From the human T2T-CHM13v2.0 reference genome, Homo sapiens, in the NCBI RefSeq assembly GCF_009914755.1, contig NC_060929.1: a stretch of DNA of 64,000 bases. One strand, written 5' to 3'. Below, piece by piece: positions 55,451 to 64,000 of this stretch. The notes beneath the pieces were generated by a model. That model was given only the letters and a program-made list of their open reading frames with translations. It was not told where the DNA came from and did no database searches. Numbering within the stretch: the stretch's first letter is position 1; each line of letters opens with the position of its first letter. The translations under genes were made by a program, and so were the position numbers.

Positions 55451-57595
55451 TTATTACTTGATTAATCTTGGTATAAATTATTAAATCTGCTCAGTAAAAG
55501 TGCTCAATCATCTCTTTTCAGTAATGTGAAAATGACATTTTCTTCTAGCTCAGTAATACCATATTTTTCATTGATAATTTAAATTCTTATTCATGATATA
55601 CTTTCATGAATATGAAAGTTGGGCTTTTCTAGCCCAACCTTATTTTCCCTATCTTACTGGTTACTTTAATTTTAATTGTATCATTATTCTGACTTTTTTT
55701 CCAATGAGACAAAATTCCTCACGTGCCATGAAGTTGCTCAGTTCTGAATTACTGCCAAAAATTGAAGATATGCTTTACAACACTTGCAGATAACACCTAT
55801 GCCATATATGTGGACAAAATGAAGAGAAGGAGGCTGTGGGTGAAGGCTGAAATCCCTGTATGATAACTCTGCACCTACCATGATTCTTTTCTCCACTCAT
55901 AACTTGTATTTCCTCCTTGCTTTTATTTACTTTTTATTTTATAGCATGTTCTGATTTCAAACACATTTTTTCTCTTTTATTGTTTTATTGGCCCTAAGTT
56001 GGAGACACAAGGCATTTAAACAAATGGGTGGAAGGGGAGAGAAGGGACTATTATCTAACTGTTCCCTATAGTCCTGTCTACATTCACACTTGCAGACTGT
56101 GTATGAACCAACTGAACTATGTAACCAGGTTCATTTACAGTGTTTTGAGACAGGTTGATTTGAGTTCCGGGTGCAGATAATGCGGTGGATTTTTGTTTCA
56201 TTTCAGTTTTGTTTTTTAAACATATTCATTTAGATGATGATTCATATATCCAAGGCTGTTGCAGATCTGTTTCCACACATTGTGGGTATAAGGTAATGAT
56301 TACTTGTCCTGATTGTGTACCAGGATATTTTGAGAAATATGAGCCCCACTCCCAAGTCAGTTTTATTCGGGAGGTTAAAAAACAAAGGCATAGTCATTAA
56401 TATCCAGATTTATTATTCGCTATGAAATGTACTAGTTGAATAGGCTTGGACAAGTTACTCAATTTCCATGAGAATTATTTGATTTTTAAAATGAAATGAT
56501 GGTAATAAAATATCTGTAACAGTTTTAGAAAGCCACTTATCATGGTACTTGGAGAGAGCATGTTTTAATAGCAAATATTAATATTCCTAAAAATACATTC
56601 AAATTGTGGAAGTTGACTGAGCAAAGGTGTTGATTTATGAGATGCAGAAATTCAAAGTCAACTTTAGAATAAGTACCTTTTCTGCTCCAGCTCGTTTGTT
56701 TCATTTCCTAAATTTATCTGAGACACAAAAATAATTGACTGTACTCAGTGGCATTTGAAGATAGTTTTCCATCTTTATCCCTCCATAACTATTCAATAGT
56801 AGATCAAAGAAAGAAAGAAAAATCACAGATCTGAAACTGATCCTAGCACATTCTCCAGAGAGGAAATGCTACCAGTACTTGCTGCGACTGGGTCGCTGTC
56901 CCTGCACTTTGGCTCTCACAGTAACGGCTGATGCTCAGCTGGAAGAGAGTGGCCTCCTGGGCACCCTACTTTTAGGGTAGAAATGCTTATAGTTCATCTA
57001 TGCAGCTTTCTGGAGTTCATGGACTTCACAGTTATCATCCACATGTCTTTGTTAACTATTCTCACTGGGAAAGTATATATTTGGTGTTTAAACCATTTTT
57101 TTTTTATCTACTCCCTAATCAATTACGTCAGCAAAAGAGGAAAAATCTATTTTAGAGGATATAAAGGGATATAAAACAAAGACAGATTTCAAAATTTCTA
57201 TCATTTTTAAAATGTGTAGAGAAAGCAAATTTGAATAATTCATTATAAGCCAATTTGAGAAAAATATTCCATCAAATACATCTTTTTAACTGTATTAACA
57301 ATTTAGTATTGCCAGAAAGTAATTCCTTCAGCAGATGTGTTGCTCACCAAAATCATCCTAACCTCATACACATAAATAAAACCCTTATTTCATACTTTTT
57401 GCCTAGTTTCTGGTCCAGTTCTAATATTTACCTTACTTTATTTAAAACATTCTATACAACATGTTCTATATTTTTCTTTTATTAATTATGTCTAAGATAA
57501 TGCCAACTATACTCATTTCATTTCATTTCTTATTCATTATGAATCTTTCTAACATCCACTTACAAATGTTTCTATTGCCTTTCTCCTCTTTCTTC

Positions 57596-58284
57596 TGTGT
57601 CCGGAATTTATTCCTTCTGGTAGGTTCTTGTTCTCGCTGACTTCAAGAATGAAGCCATGGACCCTTGCAGTGAGTGTTACAGTTCTTAAAGATGGTGTGT
57701 CCGGAGTTTTTTCCTTCAGATGTTCAGATGTGTCCGGAGTTTCTTCCTTCTAGTGGGTTCGTGGTTTTGCTGACTTCAGGAGTGAAGCCACAGACCATCG
57801 CAGTGAGTGTTACAGCTCTTAAACATGGTGCGTCTGGAGTTGTTCGTTCCTCCCAGTGGGTTCGTGGTCTTGCTGACCTCAGGAGTGAAGCCACAGACCT
57901 TTGCAGTGAGTGTTACAGCTCATAAAGGTAGTCCGTGGACCCAAAGAGTGAGTAGTGCAAGATTTATTGTGAAGAGCTAAAGAACAAAAATTCCACAGCG
58001 TGGAAAGGGACCCAAGTGGGTTGCTGCTGCTGGCTGGGGTGGCCAGCTTTTAGTCCCTTATTTGGCCCTGCCCACATCCTGCTGATTGGTCCATTAAACA
58101 GAATACTGATTGGTCCATTTTACAGAGTGCTGATTGGTGTGTTTACAAACCTTTAGGTAGACACAGAGCACTGATTGGTGTGTTTTTACAGAGTGCTGAT
58201 TGGTGCATTTACAATCCTTTAGCTAGACAGAAAAGTTCTCCAAGTCCCCACCAGACCCAGAAGTCCAGCCAGCTTCATCTCTCA
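57596..58284 (-). mobile_element. LTR12 (ERV9) solo LTR, 4-bp TSD cttc
   Basis: Five 'ctgattgg' (CCAAT) repeats at 58081-58205; U5 'gtgagtgttacag' repeats; cttc at 57592-57595 and 58285-58288. Confidence 0.92.
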
Positions 58285-58461
58285 CTTCTTTTTAAATTTT
58301 ACATATATCTTGGAACATAACATTTTTTGGCTTGCCATTCTATTCCCCCCTCCACCTTTAACATACTACCTTTTTCATTTAAACAAACTTGAGCTTTTAT
58401 TCTGCTTTCTTTGCTTTCAAGAGACACATTTTTGAGAGTTTTTGTTTTTGCTTAACTTCAA

Positions 58462-58777
58462 TTTAATTTAATTATTTAATTATTTTATTTTTTTGAGATG
58501 GAGTCTCCCTCAGTCATCCAGGCTGGAGTGTAGTGGCACAATCTTTGCTCACTGCAACCTCCACCTCCTGGTTCAGGTGATTTTCCTGCCTCAGCCTTCC
58601 AAGTACACACAGGCATGCAGGCATGCGCCATCACATCCGGCTAATTTTTGTATTTTTAGTAGAGATGGGGTTTCGCCATGTTGGCCAAGCTGTTCTCAAA
58701 CTCCTGACCTCAAGTGATCCACCAGCCTTGGCCTCCCAAAGTGCTGGGATTACAGGCGTGAGCCACTGAACCCAGCC
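58462..58777 (-). mobile_element. AluS inserted at the tail of the adjacent L1
   Basis: Reverse dimer; aactt..attt flanks. Confidence 0.92.
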
Positions 58778-59642
58778 AACTTTTATTTTAAGTTCAGGAG
58801 AAATGTGCAGGTTTGTTATATAGGTAAAATTGTGTTATGGGAATTTGTTGTACAGATTATTTCATCACCCAGGTACTAAGCTTAGTACCCACTAGTTATT
58901 ATTCCTGATGCTCTCCCTCCTTCCACTCTCCACCCTGATAGGTCCCAGTGTGTGTTGTTCCCTTCTATGTGTCCATGTGTTCTCATCATTTAACTCCCAC
59001 TTGTAAGTGAGATTTACATGTGGTATTCGTTTTTTCGTTGCTGTCTTAGTTTGCTGTGGATGATGGCCTCCACCTCCATCCATGTTCCTGGATAGGACAT
59101 GATCACATTCTTTTTTTTTTTTCTGCATAGTATTCCATGGTGTTTATGTACTACATTTCCTTTATTCAGGCTACCACTGATGGACATTTAGGTTGATTCC
59201 ATGTCTTAGCTTTCTGAATAGTGCTGCAATGAGCACACACATGCATGTGTCTTTATAAGAGAACGATTTATATTCCTTTGGATATATACCCAGTAATGGG
59301 ATTGTTGGGTCAACAATATTATAGATCATATTGTATTTCTTTCTTTAGGTCTTTAAGGAATTGCCGCATTGTCTTCCACAATTCTTGAACTAATTTACAC
59401 CCCCACCAAGAGTGTATAAGCATTCCTTTTTTTCAGCAACCTTGCCAGCATCTGTTGTTTTCTGACTTTTTAATAATAGCCATTCTGACTGGTGAGAAAT
59501 AGTATCTGCTTTTGATTTGGATTTTCATTCTCTAATGATAAGTGATTTTGAGCTTTTTCTCATATGCTTGTTGGCCATATGCATGTTTTCTTTTAAGAAG
59601 TATCTGTTCATGTCCTTTGCTCACTTTATATGAGGTTGTTTA
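58778..59642 (-). mobile_element. 5'-truncated L1PA (PA13-16-like) 3' end
   Basis: 'tgtgcaggtttgttatataggtaaa...acagattatttcatcacccaggtactaagc...atacccagtaatgggattg'. Confidence 0.88.
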
Positions 59643-59824
59643 AGAGTTTATTTCCCTTTTGAGTCCATCATATTTTTTCTGTCTTCATTTCTGCTTGATC
59701 ACATTGTGCTTATCCGCTTACATATTTTATTCTCATGCAGTCTTCTATGTACTCTCTCTACATATATATACATATGTATATATACATATATACATATATA
59801 TATATTTGGCTTATAACTTCCTAA

Positions 59825-60174
<350 letters not shown>

Positions 60175-60211
60175 TCTTTTATTGTTTTGTTGTTGTTGTT
60201 GGTTTTGTTTG

Positions 60212-60214
<3 letters not shown>

Positions 60215-60242
<28 letters not shown>
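60215..60242. repeat. (TG)14 microsatellite preceded by a (TTG)n-like tract
   Basis: Direct reading. Confidence 0.95.
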
Positions 60243-60246
<4 letters not shown>

Positions 60247-60339
60247 TTATGAATCTGAGGCAGAGAAGAATGATGATAGGGGAATAGGGGGGCTTAGACT
60301 CTGCTTAACTGAGTTCTAACTAGCCTGGAACTATTGAGA

Positions 60340-60545
60340 AGACAAGTGGTAGTTTCAGAGAAGTAGGTCCGAAAATGGGCTGCATCACTCACTAGGTGTT
60401 TGACCACTGACAATGTAAACTTGCTTATTCTCAGCTTTCTCCTCTATCAAATGGAGAAAAAATACTTGGCTTGTACAATTGTTGCTAAATTCTATATGTA
60501 TACTGGCATATATTGGCCACCCAATAAATTGTAAACACTACTGTT
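60340..60545 (+). mobile_element. MIR SINE
   Basis: 'catcactcactaggtgtttgacc...ctcagctttctcctctatcaaatggagaaaaaatac'. Confidence 0.6.
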
Positions 60546-60632
60546 TTTGATTTTTAATAACTGTTAAAATCTATACACTATACAAATTCAGCATTGAGAT
60601 GTTAACAAGATGAGTTAATTGCTACTTAGATT

Positions 60633-61033
60633 CAGGTCTCAGATTTTCTTTGTATCCCTAAAAGTTATGAGTGACTCAAAGAGCTATTTTTATATGGGTT
60701 ATATCTATTAAAAGTAGAAGTTAAGGCAAATAAATTGTCAACATATATATTTATGCATTTATTAAAATAATAATAAATTCATTACCTGTTACACCTTTGC
60801 AAATATCACCTGTTTACTAGAAGACAGCCAGTACTCATATCGGCGTCTGTACTCCATCTGTGTAGTATCATATATCACATAGCCTTTGGAGAACTTGATG
60901 GTTCACCATGAGAGTATAAAGTAAAAAAGATAGTAAGTTCCATTACTATTAAGAGAATAGATTTGACTTTGTGGGTTCCATGAATAGATCTCAGAATCCC
61001 ATGGGATCCTCAATCACACTATGAGGATCACTA
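60633..61033 (-). mobile_element. Charlie1-derived hAT DNA transposon fossil
   Basis: 'caaagagctatttttatatgggttatatctatt', 'tagaagacagccagtactcatatcggcgtctg' and terminal 'cacactatgaggatcact'. Confidence 0.7.
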
Positions 61034-61589
61034 ATTTATAGCAATCATGATCCCTAATTTTTAGTCTTATATTAATGTCCACTTGACTTAAAACCTTGTG
61101 GACTTTGGTTAGTTATTTTTGTTGTTTTTTTGCTTATGTATTGGAATTTTAATATAAAAAAGGGGAAGTTTGGACTACATTTTCTCCAAGGTTCCTTTCA
61201 GCTCTTAAATTCAATTGTATAAAAATGTTTTATTCATTTTTCAACTTATTATTGTCTTATTTTGGTACAATATTCAACATTTCACTAATTTTTTAAACAT
61301 TTCATTTTTTTTCAAATTGGGGCAACAAGCTCTCTTTACTTGCCAGCATAGTAAGTGTTGAGTGATATTGCTATATCTGAGTTATGGGGGTATTCAACAG
61401 CTCATAGCATTTCCCCCCAAATTGGGTAAACATAATGAATTCAAGAAAGTCTAAGACAGGCTGGATGTGTTCAGCAGTGAGATTTCTTGCTTCACATTAA
61501 GGAATTCATGAAACTGCTTCAGTTCTCTAGAAGTTACTTAGTCTCTCTGATAATCAAAATCAGATATGTATGCATTGTGCATTACTTAC

Positions 61590-61730
61590 ACATTGGAATT
61601 TTATATACCCTGTCCCATTTAGAATGTGAGCTTCATGAAAGCAGAATTTTTTTCCTGTTTTGTTCCTTCCTCAACATCCAGACAAATACTGGCACATTGT
61701 AGATGCTCACTAAATGTTTGTTGAGTAGAA
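61590..61730 (+). mobile_element. L2 3' end
   Basis: 'tagaatgtgagcttcatgaaagcagaa...ctggcacattgtagatgctcactaaatgtttgttgag'. Confidence 0.8.
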
Positions 61731-64000
61731 AAGGGCATTCAGATATACACTCAAGAATCATAGTATTGTAATTTAATGTTGGCAATGAAATATCAGTAGA
61801 AAATTTTCACCGAAATAAGCCAGACTGCTATTACCTTTCTCTCTCTCCTGCCCACATCAGTAACATATCCTGAAAACCAGAACTTATCATTTATTTTTAA
61901 AAATAAAAATAATGTGTTGAAATTTTATTTGATTTCTACTAATATGGTGAAAATACTAACTTGCAAATAAAAGCTTCCTAGAACTTTCTCCACAGACAAA
62001 ATAGTGTAGCTTTAAATTTATGAGGATTGTGGCTTCTGAAAAACAACAACAAAAAATATAAATCATTTCAAATGACCGGGCTTCAAATATCATTTCATTT
62101 ATGAAAGGATACTCTATTTGAGAGCAGGAATTTTTCATAAAGCTACTCTCTTCACTCTTTCACCTCCTAAATTATTTCTAGGCTGTTACTTGAAATTGGA
62201 GTATGGAGTTGAGTTCCAACAAAAATCCTTGGTACTCACTGGCTCTTCTTGTGCTAATCCTTTGTGATTGTGTTGCATTCTGTGCCCAGCTTGGCCTTTG
62301 CTCAAGATGTTCAGTTGTTCTGAATGAATCCCTCCATCTTTTTGCATTTCAGCTCAGTGAAATCCCTGGAAACACCTTGAAAACAGGATCTGTATCTTTT
62401 CTCTGTATCTCACTAGGGTCTCATCAGGGCCTTCTTGTCTAACAAGGAAGTGCAGGAGAAGAACACATTTCATGAATTAATTCAGTGAATAAATGAAATA
62501 ATGAAATCAGAAGCAAACACAATGCCCTTCTTGCTCACCTTCCTGTTTTTGGATAATATTATGCTTAATCATCTCTAAAGAATGGAGTGGATCCTCTTAA
62601 TAAAGTCTGTTAGTCCTTACATTCCTTTGTTAGCAGCAGGCCATAAGCCTCAGTGTTTATAGGAAGGGTGATATCCTTAATGCCTAGCAATCACTTTAGG
62701 TTTATTTCTTCCTTTTGGCTTGTGTTCCACAGACAAATTACAGTGTTCAGGCAATTATTGAGATAACTCAGGTAATAAACCTGCTTTTACTAAAAGATCC
62801 CTTCCAGTGCAAATGAAAAACAGTTGTTCACAATTAGGTAACATTTTTATGGGCATGGTTGAAATCACCACTTAATTGTTTAGAGGGAGGCAATATGTAA
62901 GCCTCAAATACTTAGTATTTTTGCTCTAGTAGATATATCTATTTTTCACCTCTTTTATCATTTTGGTCTTTGGTTTCCTCTGGTTTTCTTGTGGATATTT
63001 CTTGTACAATATTTACAAGTTATTTTTTGAATCAGTGTTTTCAGTTCTACCATCTCCATCACTGCTAATATATGCAAGAGATATATTTGTAGAGAACTTT
63101 AGCATTAATGGCTGGATTTTAAGGAATCTTTAAAATGCAAGGAAACACAAAAAGGTCCCCCGATAGTACAATACTCCCTGAAGACTTGATGACCTATTAA
63201 AATTATATCCAGTTCTGCAATATAATTTTGTAAATATTTTCAGATTACATAACTAGTAATATTTTCATAAGAAAACAATGTCAATAATAATCTGTTCTGA
63301 TACCACACACAGCACCTGAGAGGCTCATTCAATGGCTAGTTGTGGTGTCAGCAGCTGTGAGAGCTATCAAGTTTTAAGGAGGTGGATAGAATATGCCATG
63401 TAGCAGAGTTTCTTATGGAAGCCTCCTGAGTGCTATTTATATGGTGCAATAGGTTTAAACAGTACTGATGCACACCCAGGAAAGATTAGTTTTGGCTTGA
63501 AATTGTCATTCTTTAAGAAATCAGAAACTAGGGCAGAATACTAAATTGCTGCAAATGAAAACAGAAATAATGAGTCTAAGGAAAAGTTTGCCTAAAGGCA
63601 CAAATCACTCTGCCTTTATCCCCTGATTAGACAGATAATAACAGTGAATTATAACAAGGCTGCTGCAGAATCAGAGTCAGTAAACAGAGTCTATACAGAG
63701 TCGTAATATTTGTAAACCCAACTAGAGATAATGGATGTCAAATATATTATTTTTCCCTCCTCTACATTTTAACATTTTATCAGAGTAAGAGATGAAATCT
63801 TTTTGGTAATCTACAAAATAAAATAACAATTACAATTTTCTGTAAAAAGCAAATAGCAAAGAATTGATGGATTAGTAGTTACCAGCACTCAGCCGAGAAC
63901 GTTTTCTTCATGTTTTCCTCTGCCCGCTGTTACTACATTTCAGCCAAATTCCTTTGTCAGCTAAATTGCAATTTAAAAAAAAAGAAACAAAAGAAGAGAG

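Noticed and set aside
57600-58205. Spaced direct repeats superficially like a CRISPR array
   Set aside because: They are the internal U5/U3 repeats of LTR12; the spacers are homologous, the context is eukaryotic and there are no cas genes.

Overview
Human-type (primate) AT-rich, gene-poor genomic DNA. No protein-coding gene, tRNA, rRNA or CRISPR array is supported. The short ORFs in the track are either repeat read-throughs or chance ORFs. Much of the window is interspersed repeat: 13 Alu/FLAM copies (including a near-consensus human-specific AluYa5 and an AluYd-lineage copy), old L1M/L1PA fragments, an L3/CR1 fossil with readable RT motifs, L2 and MIR copies, and DNA transposon fossils (MER58A, MER47A, Charlie1-like, MER102-like). 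LTR elements are abundant: a full-length THE1B provirus and solo THE1A/B/D, MSTA, MSTC-like, LTR8, MER50, MER52A, LTR12 and LTR16/33-like LTRs, many with visible target-site duplications (TSDs). Repeat-poor islands (~26.1-28.8, 39.0-39.4, 43.6-49.4, 62.5-64 kb) hold candidate conserved regulatory elements. I see no evidence for a new multi-gene system. The best leads are the young AluYa5, a twin-primed inverted L1MA, a PBX/HOX motif cluster, CpG-retaining unique islands and a family-specific strand bias. All subfamily calls come from recalled consensus sequences, and boundaries without a TSD are approximate.
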